This document shows, piece by piece, positions 13,241-26,221 of a DNA stretch of 64,000 nt. Both the position numbers and the translations under genes were made by a program. Origin of the DNA: Podarcis melisellensis (lineage: Eukaryota); the NCBI GenBank assembly GCA_964234715.1, contig OZ174280.1. One strand, 5' to 3'. The notes beneath the pieces were generated by a model that did not search any database, was not told the origin of the DNA, and was given only the letters and a program-made list of their open reading frames with translations. How positions within the stretch are numbered: the first letter of the stretch is position 1; every line of letters starts with the position of its first letter.

Positions 13241-14171
13241 AAATGCACAACCCCATATTCTTAAACTCCAACTGCCTTAAGCAAAAGCTTGTGCATAAAG
13301 CTGCCAATCCCCACAAACAAATAACTCCCAGAAAATAAATAAGATAGAATCAGACAGAATAAAGATTTGGAATAATTGTCTGCATCAGTGAAGCTACAAC
13401 ATTCTTGTAGGAAATAAAAAATATTGGATTGATGTCCTAACAAGATGATGTCCTAACAAGATTATCTCATGCCCAAAGTTGGCCTCGGGTTCTAGCAGCC
13501 CTCAAATGTCAAAAGATGATTGATCAAGAAAGTTATTAAGATTAATATACAGAAAAAGTATTGTTTCTTCCAACTTCACATTTACATGAGGTTAATACGG
13601 TGAAGTTGACCCAGGAAAAGAAATCCACTTCTAAAATCTTAGAATCTTGCTGAGTGTCAGCATGATAACTGCTTCAGACTGAATCTAAAGAATCTAAAGA
13701 AAAAACAAGCCTGCTGCTGTTGAAAGTCTTCTTTTCACCATATGCAGAGTTATAGCTGTGGTAACAATTGCATTCATATAACTATTTGGAACATTTGCAG
13801 AACTTCACATACAGTACACTACTTTCTTGTAGTTCTTACAACAGCCCTTTTAGGTAGGCCAGATTTCTTTTTGCTTCAGTAGGCATTTCAAGAAAGTTTT
13901 ACTGATTAATTTTCTCTATTGTATCTTTCTTCTAACCTATGATATTAAGGGGATATAAATTGTTGAAATAAATATTCTTATCAGCACAGCACAGACTGGG
14001 GGAAGAGGGATGGAGCTGAAAGTTGGTTGCTTAAGTGAGTTTGTAACACTGCCAAAACGCAAACAGAGAAGCTTGCAAGTCACAGCTCAGTCTCTTAGTC
14101 ACTATGCTACACCAGCTGATTGATTTATCAACATAAGGGGGCATGCAACAAAATGTTGCAGCATCTTAGAG

Positions 14172-14366
14172 CAAATTTTTCATGTTGGTGACACCCTTTT
14201 TAGACATGCATTATTTCATGACATAGTAATTCAGTTTTACTAGCAAACTGGAGGTTAAACTAACCCCTTTTCAGCCCCGGGAGGAGCCCAGGAACGTTTG
14301 TGTGGCACACCTACACACTGCAGCCGACACACTAACGTATCACAACATACAGTTTGGAAAGCTTTG
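14172..14366. mobile_element. hAT (Charlie-like) non-autonomous element
   Basis: Right end cagtttggaaagctttg. Flanking 8-mers tcttagag (14164-14171) and ccttagag (14367-14374) match 7/8. Left TIR is degenerate. Confidence 0.6.
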
Positions 14367-14954
14367 CCTTAGAGGAATGCTTCTGTTGAGGGCTCTAGAG
14401 AGTCTGGACTGAGAGACATGCAGACCTGCCCTGGCTTCTCAGGAAGCCGGGAAAGTTTCAGGAAAGGTACCCTGGCAAGACCTTCCCCTCTGGTGTTACA
14501 GCAACAGAGAGTTGCTAGCCTCAAACCTCAGTATTTTATAACTATTTACCAGGGAACACACAGTTCTGGAGATGGGAAAACATCTCATCTAACACTACCC
14601 CCCACCCCCGTACTTACTATAACTTGTCAGGGGCTTGGGCAGGTCCATTCCTTCTCTTCTTCTGCCTTTCCATAAATGCTTTGTTCTAAAATGGCATATG
14701 ATGATTCCATGTCTCAAACAGTTCTCAGGCACAAACTTAATTTGTAGACTCACACAGTTTGCCTGACCTCAAGTATCTTTAGGTCATGTCAAAGTGGGTT
14801 TTTAAAAGTCATTTTCATTTAATATCATTCACAAACCTGTGTACTTCTGTGTAACAGGGGTGTCTCCAGAGTATGCAGAAGCCACTACCTTATTTTTGAG
14901 TGGTTTTGTTTCAATTCCACACCAAGAGGGACTCAGCTACCTGAGCTCATTACT

Positions 14955-15104
14955 GGGAGCCTGGATAGCTCAGCTGGTTAGTGTGGTGCTGATAACAGCA
15001 AGGTTGCAGGTTTGATCCCTGTATGGGACAGCTGCATATTCCTGCATTGCAGGGGGCTGGACTAGATGACCCCCAGGGTCCCCTCCAACTCTATGATTCT
15101 ATGA
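14955..15104 (+). mobile_element. tRNA-headed SINE with CR1-derived tail
   Basis: Head with tagctcagctgg (box A) and ggtttgatccc (box B). Tail ggactagatgacccccagggtcccctccaactctatgattctatga has the same structure as the CR1 3' terminus at 48150-48198. Confidence 0.85.
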
Positions 15105-15842
15105 GCAAGTGGAATCTGTACCAAAATGTATCAGTGTATCCTGCCTCTCTTCCTGTTCTGGTGCCTGTGAGAAAGGAGTTCTGAAGTGCTGTTTAGGTCT
15201 CATTCAGGAGTATCAGGAAGGATGAAGACCCTGAAGCCTTCTCCTGCCACACTATAACATAAAGCTAGAAGGCTTAGGTTTGGGCCTAACTGCTAGGCCT
15301 GAACTCGCCAAGCACAGGGGTGGGATTTTTTAGATGTGACAGCATGCATCCCTCAACCCAAATCTCCCCTGCATAATGATAAAGCTGCAGCTTTACACTT
15401 GAAGAGACCACTGAATTTTTGAAGCATTCTCCTTCCCTATATAAAGTTTCTACTCTTGTCTCTCAACTGCCTTCAACATTCCATACATCCTGGAAGATCA
15501 TAGATCCTTGTCAGAGTGTTCTGAGCCCTCCCCCCTTTAATTAACAAGAATATACTATACCTAGGAAGTCCCTTGAGTATGCAGAAACCACTAACCTATT
15601 TTTGGGTGGACCCACTTATAGAACCCTCATCCACCCAAGTTCACTATTAGAAGGAATGGTGATACTCATAGGAATGGGATAAGGACTTTATCAGAATGCA
15701 CACACAAAACAGAAATGCAGAAACTAAAAGAAATGTGAGAAAAATGTGAGGTTTCACTGTTGGACCCAAGGCATCAAACTAGGCAGAGCATGAAGCTGCC
15801 TCTATCACAATAATCCTGGCATGTGGAAGTCCAAGTGGAGTA

Positions 15843-16083
15843 CACTCGTACCTTGGTTTAAGAACAGCTTAGTTTATGAACAACTTGGATTAAGAACGCT
15901 GCAAACCTGGAAGTAGGGGTTTTGGTTTGTGAACTTTGCTTTGGAAGCAGAACATGTTCCGCTTCCTGTTGAGTGTGTTCCATGTCCTCTGTTGCTATGG
16001 GAAAGCATGCCTTGGTTTAAGAATGCTTTGGTTTAAGAATGGATTTCTGGAATTGATTAAGTTCGCAAACCAAGGTACCACTG
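15843..16083. mobile_element. Tc1/mariner (Tigger-like) MITE
   Basis: TA|cactcgtaccttggttt ... aaaccaaggtaccactg|TA. Confidence 0.85.
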
Positions 16084-16569
16084 TATGCAGTTTCATTCCT
16101 ATGAAAACTGCATTATTTTGTTGTTTAATTATCAGTTTATTCAACTACACATGGAGATTCTGAGGGCGGGGGGTGGGGAGCACCATGGTTCCATAAGCAC
16201 TAGAACAGAGCCACTCTGTCTTCAGAACTATTCAGTACCATTTAGCCAATGGGTGTTCTTATTCTATTAGACATCTTCTCTGAAGTACCAAGTTCAAGCC
16301 TACCTAGCCTGTGAAGTGCCAGAGAACATTTAGGTCCCAAAGAACCTTCTCTGGAAGTTGGGGGGAAGGAATTCGCTTTGTGGGCATGCTACAGCTCCTG
16401 CAAGCTAGCTAATATATGGCTTTTGCAAAACTCTGCTCAGAACGGTGAGAGCAGGGAAGCCGTCACCAGCTGCCCCTGTTTGAGGGGGTCCGATCGGGGA
16501 AGAGGCCATTTGGGACTGCCAGAGCAGGCTACCTTTGAGAAGGGAAGAGAATAGAAGTGTCGACCCCCA

Positions 16570-16830
16570 TTAGCAGGCTGCTTCACTCCGGATCATTAAA
16601 TATGTATATCTTATTACACGCCTTGTTAGAGGATCGAGCTCTATTGACTGATAATAAATTCCAAGCCTCATCCCAGCCATAAATTTATCTGGAGACGATG
16701 AAGACTCAATAATCTAGTCATGCAGATAATATGATAGGGCCTTAAAAAGATCATTACACTGGATGTCAAAATTAAAAGTGAAATACACTTTATTAACACT
16801 GTTTCCACACTCAGGCCCATTACTCGTTCT
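16570..16830. promoter_or_regulatory. Candidate conserved non-coding element
   Basis: Repeat-free AT-rich block with many homeodomain cores (gatcattaa, ataataaatt, ccataaatt, tttattaa) and retained CpGs. Confidence 0.45.
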
Positions 16831-17529
16831 AGGCCCTATTCCCGCCCATCCAAACCTGCTGACTGATGATTTGGGGCCAGGCAAAACAAGCCCCCGGCCT
16901 CCTGGAACTATGTGAGTGTGCAGCTAGCGCAGTGCTTGATTTCTAAAAAGACAGAAGCCAGGGTTGATGGAAATGATAGTTCTGCTCTGAAAGACTTTAC
17001 TCCCTGATTCAGATGCATTGGGGTGGGGTTAGCTGTGTTTTTTCAGTAGAAACACAAAGATGTTCTGAACTTGCTCTGTTTATATAAGGTGCATGTTCCA
17101 GGACTGAGCCCTGGCTTTGAAAGCATGGTCCACAGCTGATATTGGCACATCCTGGCTCAAATTGAGCCTGACTATACCACCCTCACCATCTAGATGGGAA
17201 CAAGCTGCAGAGCTGGCAAGTCCCATTGAGTGCTATGAGAATCCCAATAGAAAGCACAGCACAAGCCACATTGTTTAAGCTCCACCACCCGAGAACACAT
17301 CAGCAACAGCGCAAAGTCACAGGTCTGTGAGCTGCAGGCAGCCCTTGCCAAGGCCACAAACAGAGCAGTATGGTGGGCTCAGAGGCTTCAGGCCACCCAA
17401 TGCCTTCTACTCCCCAGCTAGCTACCCCTCCAGACATGATTTCTCGCTTCTAATCAGAAGGTCACAACCATTTAAACCCCTTTGATTAGGGCTGGCGGCT
17501 CCTGCTCTTCTTGTATTGGCCCCACTGGC

Positions 17530-17980
17530 CTCTTTGTGCTCCTGCCTCCGGATCAATTGTATGTATCAAGTTTAAAGTGGTTCCACCAAGGGCTCACGCA
17601 CTTCAATTCCACTATACACCCCCCTTTCCCACCTTCCTCTCCAGACAAACAAGGTGGAGGGCACGCGAATCGATAAGGCAGCACAGATCAGCTGCCAGGA
17701 AACCAATCGCAGATCAGATTGAAACTGACTTCTGCTTGTATCTTACCAGCTCTCTCTACAATAGATTGGCTTGCAAAATCCGATGGAAAAGGAAGACAAA
17801 AGGGAGGGGGGGATCCGATAATACTCCTTGCCATGGCTGCTCTAATCTGTGACAGCCTGAGGATTTGCTGAAAACCATTATCACATCACAGGCTCCCTCC
17901 TCTCCTCCTCTGATAAAACCCTGGCTAATCTGTTTGTTGCAAGGACTGAACAAATGCATTTAGCGAAACAAGGAATGGGG
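17530..17980. promoter_or_regulatory. Candidate conserved non-coding element (GATA/TAATC-rich)
   Basis: GATAA/TTATC at about 17672, 17817, 17878 and 17912. CTAATCT at 17842 and 17925. AATCGAT at 17668. CpGs retained. Confidence 0.45.
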
Positions 17981-18202
17981 ATTCCCCACACCCACCTCAG
18001 GAAATGTGGGAAATGTGAGCAGGACCTGGTCAGGTTGAGAAGCCTGTTGCAGGAAGAGACCCTAAGCAAAGACTGGTGGGAGGGAAGCAGAGCAGGTGTA
18101 TTCTGCTTACCTCTACAAGGCAGTTTGGTTTGCCGGTAAATATAGGTGTTAACTGCTGTGAGATTTCTAAAAGTTTTGTCTGGTTCAGGGACACTAGTCA
18201 CC

Positions 18203-18342
18203 TAGGGAAGCTTTTAATGTTTGATGGATTACTGTGTTTTAATGTTTTGTTGGAAGCTGCCCAGAGTGGCTGGGGAAGCCCAGCCAGATGGGCGGGGTAT
18301 AATAAACAAACAAACAAACAAACAAACAAACAAACAAACAAA
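18203..18342 (+). mobile_element. L2-type LINE 3' end with (AAAC)n tail
   Basis: agggaagcttttaatgtttgatgg...ggaagctgcccagagtggctggggaagcccagccagatgggcggggtataataa, followed by about 10 AAAC units. Confidence 0.75.
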
Positions 18343-21027
18343 CAGACTGTAATTACTTGGTTTTGAGAATAATTCTTGATGATTTGCAGTGCTTGCATCA
18401 CAGTACCCTGGGTTCTTCTTGAGCTCAGATTTTGACCCGAGCCTGGGAAGAATTCCTCCCTCCCAACCACCCGGCTCCTATTAAGGCTGAGCAGGAAATT
18501 TCTTTCCCCTCTCCAGTGTCTCGATTGCTGTTTACAACAATGCCAGGATCCTTAGAATATGCAGTTTTCTCAGGTAGACAGACACCTTGGAAAAATCTGC
18601 CTCAACAGCTGCTGTATCCCATTATCCCAGGCACGGCAGATTGGGGAAAGGAAAATACAACCCTCCCTCATACTGCCAAAGAGGTGGGGGAAGAGACATG
18701 CCACTACAGCAGTAACTATTGCCATGTAAAGAACCTGAGTGGCTGCCTCAGAATGACCACTGAAAAAAAGGAGGATTAGCTTCTTTTAGTTCCCTTAGTT
18801 AAACCTCTGGCTACCTGATTTGTATGTATAGTTTGACATGGCAGAAAGGGGTGGGGGGTGTATTACACATGTTTGTTGAATGCCCTTTAGACAATGTTGC
18901 CAGTCCTTGAGTTCTATGCACACTGGGAACCAGACACCTAACTTATTTACTCATGTAAGTTGCAGGGCACTGGCTCGAACCATCCCTGGGACCTCAATGC
19001 CAGTTTGGTATGGTGCTTCTTCCTCCCTCCTGCTGCCAGTTGGCTGCTACAGGCTCTTATTACCTGTACACAGAAAATGCGACGGGAACAAAGGGACTCT
19101 GGGATCTGCCATTATTGAAAGGGCATGTCATGCAACAGAAGCATTCAGGTCTCTTGCACTCTGCCTACAGGTCCATGTTTCTTCTACAAGTGTGTTCTGT
19201 GTGTGTATGCATGTTGTGGAGGAGATGCCTGGCCTATAAACTAATAATTCGGAATCCTGCCTGATCTGTTCTAACACTGCTTTGCCAGAGGCAATCTCAC
19301 ACAATCTCACAAGATTTAAGGTTCCCTCACTTGTTATCTGCAAAAAGCAGGCTCCATGCATTGAAGACACAGTAGGCTCTGCTGCTGTCCTTGTCCTGAA
19401 CATCACACTGCTCCCCAGCTTACACCCCAGCCAAGCAATAGGTACATACTGTAAAAAGGCTTCCACAAGAACAGGATTCCAGACTGTATACAAGTCATGC
19501 ATTGTTTCTCTGGTGCATATGTCCACATTCAATGTGTGGACACCAGGGAGTAGGACTGCAGAGCCATGTGATATTGGAAGACAGGGCCAACAAAAGGCCT
19601 TGCTACCTCTTCAACAAGTGGAGTCCCCTTCATGCAGGTTAATACATCAAGGAAGTTCTAGACATCACATATAGGTAAAACAGATAGACAGAAGTAAGTT
19701 TGCATAGTCATTCTCAAACACCATTAAGCCTCAGGTTTTTTCCTCATGGTGATAAGCTTACAGGGTGGGCTTCTTGGCAATCCCTCATGCTCAAGCTCTT
19801 CTCACATAAACAAAAACAAACACACACTTACTTTGCTCAGTGTAGAGGACAAGGCTTCCACAGGTAGGTTTGAACTGAGATGACCTTTTTCATCATACAG
19901 ATATACTGAACTATGTTCTTTCAACAGAGAGGATTCATATTAGGCTAGCAGTCCCATATATGTTGCCCCTGTATTTATCATACAAATGTTTCTGTGCTGT
20001 AGCCACATAGGAGGAGGAGGATCGGTCACGACTGAACAAGAACAGCTACTTTCTCAGTGCTGAATGATTTCTAAGTTATTTGCAAAACGTCAGCATAGGG
20101 GCTGGTTTGGAAAGGGCAGACCAGGGACCGCATACTTTTCCTGATATCCTCCAATGTGAGTGTGTGGTGTACGGGGAAGGCCATATCTGAGCTCCACAAA
20201 GCTACGCCCTCTGGTGTCTCTTCATGTCTGATTCTGTGGCTACGAAACAAGAGAAAGGGAACAGGAGCGTGCAGAGCTATCTTTCTCTCCGTGATCTCAT
20301 GCCTTCAGGCAATCAGTTAACCCAAGCGCCATCTCCCCCTCCCTCCTCCATGTAAAATAATGCTCAACAAAGCTGGGTGGGCGCAGGGCGGCATTGCAGC
20401 AGTATGTCAAACAGAAGGACATTTTCCTTCTATCTCAGCTGCTGCCCCAGGGTACATTCCACCTACATTCAATCTTTACTCCACTACACATGTTTCCTCT
20501 CCAGCCTGGGATTATTTTTTATCATCAAATTACTGTAGCGATAAGATAGACTCGATGTGATAGCCAGCAGAGGCCCCCGACCTCATTGCCTTCCCCCAGC
20601 CCGGCATCACCCACCATGCCTGCACCGCAAACAGGCAGAGTGCTTTATTCAAATGTCATCAGGGGGTGAAGATACGCCCGTCGGCTGCCTTATTCACTGG
20701 CTGAGACCAAACAGCATATGACAGCAAACGCCTGGGAAAAGGAGGCGGCTGTTAGCAAGTTAGCTAGGTTTTGCCAAGGCCTTTGTGGGGCAGCAGGGAA
20801 CTTTCACACACTCACACTTTTAGCACAAATGTAGCTGGAGCTGCAAAAATGATATAGGCAGAGGTGCAGGGCAACAGGAGGGGCGAGCAGTTACTGTTTA
20901 AGGGCAATATTCAGTAAAGGCTAGATACCAACAGCCAGTTTGTTCCACCCATCTGTGCATTTCTATACTAACAATGCTAGTAACAGGGGACACTTGTGGC
21001 CTGGTCTTCTGCTAATAGCAGCCATCG

Positions 21028-21238
21028 CAGCATAGTGGCTAAGAGAGAGAGTCACAAATCAGGATACCCTTGGTTCAAATCTTGCCTCTGCCATGGTCTC
21101 ACCAGATGGCCTCTTGCTAGCCACTCTCTCTTAGCGTTCAGACCCCCCAACAATCTACGAAATGGTAATACTGACAGACATTATACTGGGGCCGTTGTAA
21201 GGATTACTATTAGACAATACACGTGAAGTGCTTTGACA
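21028..21238 (+). mobile_element. Old MIR/Ther1-like SINE
   Basis: gcagcatagtggctaagag head, ggttcaaatct box B, gttgtaaggatta...gtgaagtgctttg L2-like tail. Confidence 0.65.
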
Positions 21239-21519
21239 ACACGCTTGCTAAAGGCCGAACTAGATAGACATGAGGTTGATGGCATGATTGAAATTAACAT
21301 GTATTGTCTTAAAAGATAAAATAGCTGCCAGTTGAGAGACCTGAGGGAGGGGGGGTTGGTTACTCCCCCTCCCCATACATTGGTCCTGATGAAACTCCTC
21401 GCCCCCACAAACCGCTATTTACTCCAGGAGGGAAGCTTCCTTTTCAAGGCAAACAGCAGCTTAAAAAGCAAGGGGAGGATTTCAGTGAGATCAGAGTAGG
21501 GGGAAGGGTTAATCCTGAC

Positions 21520-21960
21520 TGTCATGAACTGCCATTGGAACAGGGGAGGGAGGCAGGGGGGCCATTGGGATACAGAGAGCCTCCAAAACTGAGGAGCAGT
21601 TCCTCTTCCAGCAGTGGGAAAAGCCACACCTCCAGTGCAGAAGAGGGGGAAGGCTCGAGGAACCTGCGGAGAACCCCAGCGCCTCATCTAGCCAGGCTGG
21701 CCAGGAGGGAGGCACGCCCCTTCTGTCACCTAGCTTGCGCAGAGGGGTGAAACGCAAGGAGGGGAGGAGGAGGCTTGGGGTGCTGAAGTTCTCCTGTTGG
21801 GGGAGAAACCGGAAGGGGCCACTCCCGGATTCTGCAAGTGACTGAGACGGACATGAACTTGGTAGATCTGCACTGTAAATAGTTTGCACAATAAAACCTG
21901 TAAAAGCCAGGTCAGAGTCCTGCCTGGTTACTCACGAGCAACCACCACCACCATCTGACA
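21520..21960 (+). mobile_element. Solo LTR (441 bp, probably Gypsy-type)
   Basis: TGTCA...TGACA termini. Perfect 5-bp TSD ctgac at 21515-21519 and 21961-21965. AATAAA at 21890-21895. GC/CpG-rich interior. Confidence 0.85.
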
Positions 21961-22279
21961 CTGACAATTCCCATCCTGATTCTTTCCCTCAACCACATGG
22001 CTACTATTTCTATTTTGTAAGATTAGGCATATTGATTGCAATCACTCTAGGAATGGCATGCCTAGTTTGGCCCTGATGGAACCCTAGCTCAAGTAAAGCT
22101 GGTTCCCATATAGAGTACCAGATTTGTTACTCCCCTTTCAAGTGCATTATTTAACAAACTGTATGCCCAGCTTGACACCTTTAGTGTCTACTTTTCACTG
22201 CAACCTTAGATGGCTAGAAATGTAGCAGCTGGTTGGAGCCAAACAAAGTATAAAGAAGAGACACACATTCTTAAAAAAC

Positions 22280-22339
<60 letters not shown>
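22280..22339. repeat. Compound (GT)n(GA)n microsatellite
   Basis: GT run passing directly into a GA run. Confidence 0.95.
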
Positions 22340-22341
<2 letters not shown>

Positions 22342-22879
22342 CCTGAGCAAACAATAGCTCCCTATCACAGTTTCACATGTGCTTAAGGAAGCATTTGTGC
22401 CTTTCACACTTCAGGTCTGTGCTACACAGGAAATACTATGTCCTTACAGCAAATGCAACTGCCATATAAAGTGTGGAATGTCTCATACAAGGATCTCAGA
22501 AAGCTTAAGAAATAGACTAGAAGAAACCCCTCTAAATGCTTACACAGTAGGTTGGGGGGGGGGGAATAACAAGGAATTGTTGCTGTCTCGCATCATTCAG
22601 AGCATCCCAGCACTGGGCCAATTTGTGTCATGCAAAAACATCATAGGAAATGGTGCCCCACCTGCTGTTTTCAGTCTCACCAGAAGTCTCACTATTCATC
22701 CTTGACTGAGCAACCCAAGAGGCTCAAGTAAGGCAAATGACAGGTAGGGGATCCAAAACAGATGGAAGGATCCACCTGTGCTTGCAAAGCCAAGGAAACT
22801 CAGTCAGGCCTTTGTGATGAATCTCCTCTGCTTCTTGTTTACTCCAACCCCTTCTCTGAACAACTGCCTGCCCAGCTGC

Positions 22880-23100
22880 ATGTCAGGGCACTCCCTCTAA
22901 TCCCTATTAATTTAAGCAATGCTGGGCTGCTGCTCGCCCCAAACTCTTTATTATTTATCAGGTTTGTTTATTTGTAGCTAACAGGTAGTGCTCAGCGTGG
23001 GCCCCCAGGACAGAGACAGGGGCCGTTAATCATATTGGCTCCCCCGCCATCCGCCATCCGTCAATTACTCCTGCTTCCTTTAATTAGTAATGAGGACTAA
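22880..23100. promoter_or_regulatory. Candidate conserved non-coding element
   Basis: ctaatccc, tattaattta, gttaatca, tcaatta and ttaattag cores in a repeat-free block. Confidence 0.35.
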
Positions 23101-26100
23101 TATCCCTGCCTCGCACACAGGCTGGAGTGGAACTCCCCTCCAGGGGAAGGAGAGAGAGAGGGCCAGGGGAGGATTCGAAATAAATAAGGGAAATGGGGCT
23201 CCTCTTTCTCAAGCAGCCACTAAGCCCCAGGCTCCTGTCACTCCTGGAGAAACAAGCAGCCCCCAAGGCCCTTATTTATCACCCACTTGAGAGTGCCTAC
23301 TGCAAAAGGCAAGCAGGAATTATTTTTCCAAGCAGCAGACCCCTCTCCAGTTGATGCAGAGTGAGGAACAAGACAAGCAGCCTCAGTCACAGAGGTATGC
23401 AAAGAAGATCAGCAGGCCAAGGTTCTGTTCACACACAGAGGGCTTTCAAAATGAACCTGAGGGCAAGAAAGCTGGATGGGGCCCAAGCTCTGCAATGTTG
23501 GCCATCCAGAACTATAGTCCTGGAAAGCAAATACATTTTCTGATGCCCCTCAGTTCTGACCCAAATCTCTCTCTGTGTGTGTGTATGTTTCACCAGTAAG
23601 CCTCACTATAATTCATCCCAGACCCAGCCTCTGTGTCCAGTCTTTTAGATGCCCACCAGCTCTAATTCCACGAATCCCTTGCAAGTCCAACCACACTCCT
23701 TGCTCAAAATTTTAATGCCCCACAGTTTCGATTCATGCTTCCAGCCCCAAATTATCTTCTTCATAGTTTAGGAGATTAGCTATGATTTCCATGCACAACC
23801 TGCTATCCCATACAAACATCAGGGGAAAGTGCCGGGGGGGGGCATGAACACCCCTAGCCTTGAAGCCCAAACAAGGAGTGCCCCAGAGTAAAAGGAGGAA
23901 TGAATTTTACAGCTCTATATTTCTGACTCCCTCCTTACAAGATCGCATTAGACATTTCCTCTTATTGGCATGGAATGGTATCCTCCTATATGTTTCCTTT
24001 CTGAAGAAACCAAGTCTAGACAGAATAACGTTGGAGGAGGGGAGAGAGGAGTGACTGAGAAAGTCCAACACTAGATTAGAGATTGAAACTATTTACAGAA
24101 CACCTGCCACATCCAATTGTTCTTCCTGTGAGTTCCCAAAAGGTAGTGGAGGAAGAAAGTTAAGTCAAATGGTCATTAAAGCTGGCTGTTGTGGGGAGTC
24201 TTGTGTGTGAGTAGGTTTACCCAATGCCTCAGGCAGCATAGGATACAAATTATGCCCTTGTGATTTATTGACTGGGGAAGTTTTTACACTGCAGCCCATT
24301 AAAACAGATGGCTCTGTTTACAGCTTGGGCTTCATGCCGTAGAAACCTACACTGACTGGATGTTAAGCTTATGATGACTCTGCAGGTGGACATCTCATTA
24401 AACATATCTGTATGCACTGTGCTCAAGATCCAAGCTTCATGAGCCCTTAGGGAGGTTTTTAATGAGTTTAATAAGTGAGATAGGTTATCAACTGTTCAGG
24501 CCTCTTGGCTCAATGGATCTGTAGGAGAACATACATAAAACTCTACAAATCAGAGCTATGTAGTGGTAGCTGTTACCACTTGAACACTAAGGTAGGGTCA
24601 ACAATGGCCAGACCAGGCCCGATTTTGCCCTCCAAGGTTCAAGGGATTAAGGAGTCTGTATGACTACTTTCTCAATTTTTCAAATTCTTCTCACACTTGA
24701 AGGGCCTCTGGGTTTGGCATGGAGACTACTGTGGTTTCTCCAGAGTAAAAAATCTGAAAGAAAGTTGCTTGTGCCATAAGGCAGTTGGGGGGGTCAGAGG
24801 TTTGACTGCCAGGAGAGTGCTTGTCCTAGCTCGGAAGCTGCAGGGCTAGTCTGGTCTGAGGCTGCCCAAGGATGATGGAATATCCATGCTTCCAGACCCT
24901 CAGGATTTTACAGTGCCTTGGATCCAGAGATCCCATTCAAACATGTGGTCAGTTACCCAACACCCTTATCTACAGTTGCCTGAACTTGTTGAAAAGCTAC
25001 TGTGGTGGCTAACCCATTAAATCACTTTTCATGGAAGGCTGCAGCTACTCTGTGGTGGTAACTAATGGAGGCAATGTGTGTGTGCGCGGGAAAGCACAGT
25101 ATCAGTGCAAAAGTTCCTGCTGCCATGCAGCTCCACTAGGTACCACTGCTGTTGCTGCCACTACCTGAGGGTGAAACAAATGCTCCTTTCTCTGATCACA
25201 GAACCAGGCCCCATGTGGGGAGAAAATAGTTGGGAGGGAGTATGCTGGAAAGCAGAGCAGACAAGTGAAGGGAGCTCTCAAGATGGTAAAACAAACTTTT
25301 CTTAATTAATGCAAACTTTCTAGTCCAACATATTTATGAAACCTACTTTGCATGGTAATGTTGACAACTGTACAAATCCTTCTGGGCCTGGAATAAACTA
25401 CTTGTGTAGGCCATGATAGCCAGCTATTGCCCTCCAAATTGTCTGGGTGGAAGTATGGGATGGGAAAGAAGAAACAGGCAGAGTTGGCATTTTCACCACT
25501 AATTCTCTCCTAAACAGGCTGCATCTCTCAGAAATGAAATTTTGTAGGCGATTAGCTCACAATGTGAACTTAATCGCTTTGGGTATTTAAAAAGCCCCAT
25601 TAAATTAAATGGCCAAGATATTGAGGTTTAAGCAGTGGCTGCGTCCAATGCACAGTAACTCCCAAGCTCATTACCAGCATTGCCAATTTTGCAGTTGGAA
25701 TTACAGACCCATGAGAGGCTGAGCTATTTAATGCCCATTCACAGAACACAGCACAACAGAGCTTTTTGGGGGGGCTGAAATGGCTGCAATAACACATAGC
25801 TTGTGGCAAAAAGGGCTAATGTGACATTCATGTGTAAATAGGGATGAATTGAACATGCCATGGGGGGGGGGGAGAGATAGCTACCAGATACCACACACAA
25901 ATCAGAGTTCCAAAACCAGGGTGAAAAGGAAAAATAAAGTGGCAGCGGCACAAATGCCATTTTGGCAACATATATATGGAATGGGAAGTTGATACACATG
26001 GCAGATTAGTGATCAGTCTAAACATAGTGAAAGAATACTGTTGTTATGAATATGTTTGCTGTCTGTCCGCTAGTGCCTATCCATTAGGAAGAGATGGGGA

Positions 26101-26221
26101 TACTCCCACTTCCCAAATCAAAGAAATTCAAGTTTGCAACTAACTTTTAACACAATATGTTCCTTGAGGCCACGAAATAACCAAACACAAGACAAATTTG
26201 TGATCTTGCATGTTGACAACT

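Noticed and set aside
13430-13462. 16-bp tandem duplication; similar ones at about 33308-33345 and 26683-26702
   Set aside because: Ordinary slippage duplications with no spacer structure, so not CRISPR-like or otherwise notable.
13163-15030. tRNA-like box A/box B sequences at 13163 and 14955
   Set aside because: They continue into SINE body or CR1-type tail and lack a full cloverleaf; they are SINE heads, not tRNA genes.
20021-20045. atcggtcacgactgaacaagaaca resembling a BovB terminus
   Set aside because: Too short to distinguish from chance.
20202-20218. CTCF-like gacaccagagggcg (minus strand) and a similar site at 58724-58741 (plus strand)
   Set aside because: Both deviate at a core position; they cannot be supported without PWM scoring or ChIP data.
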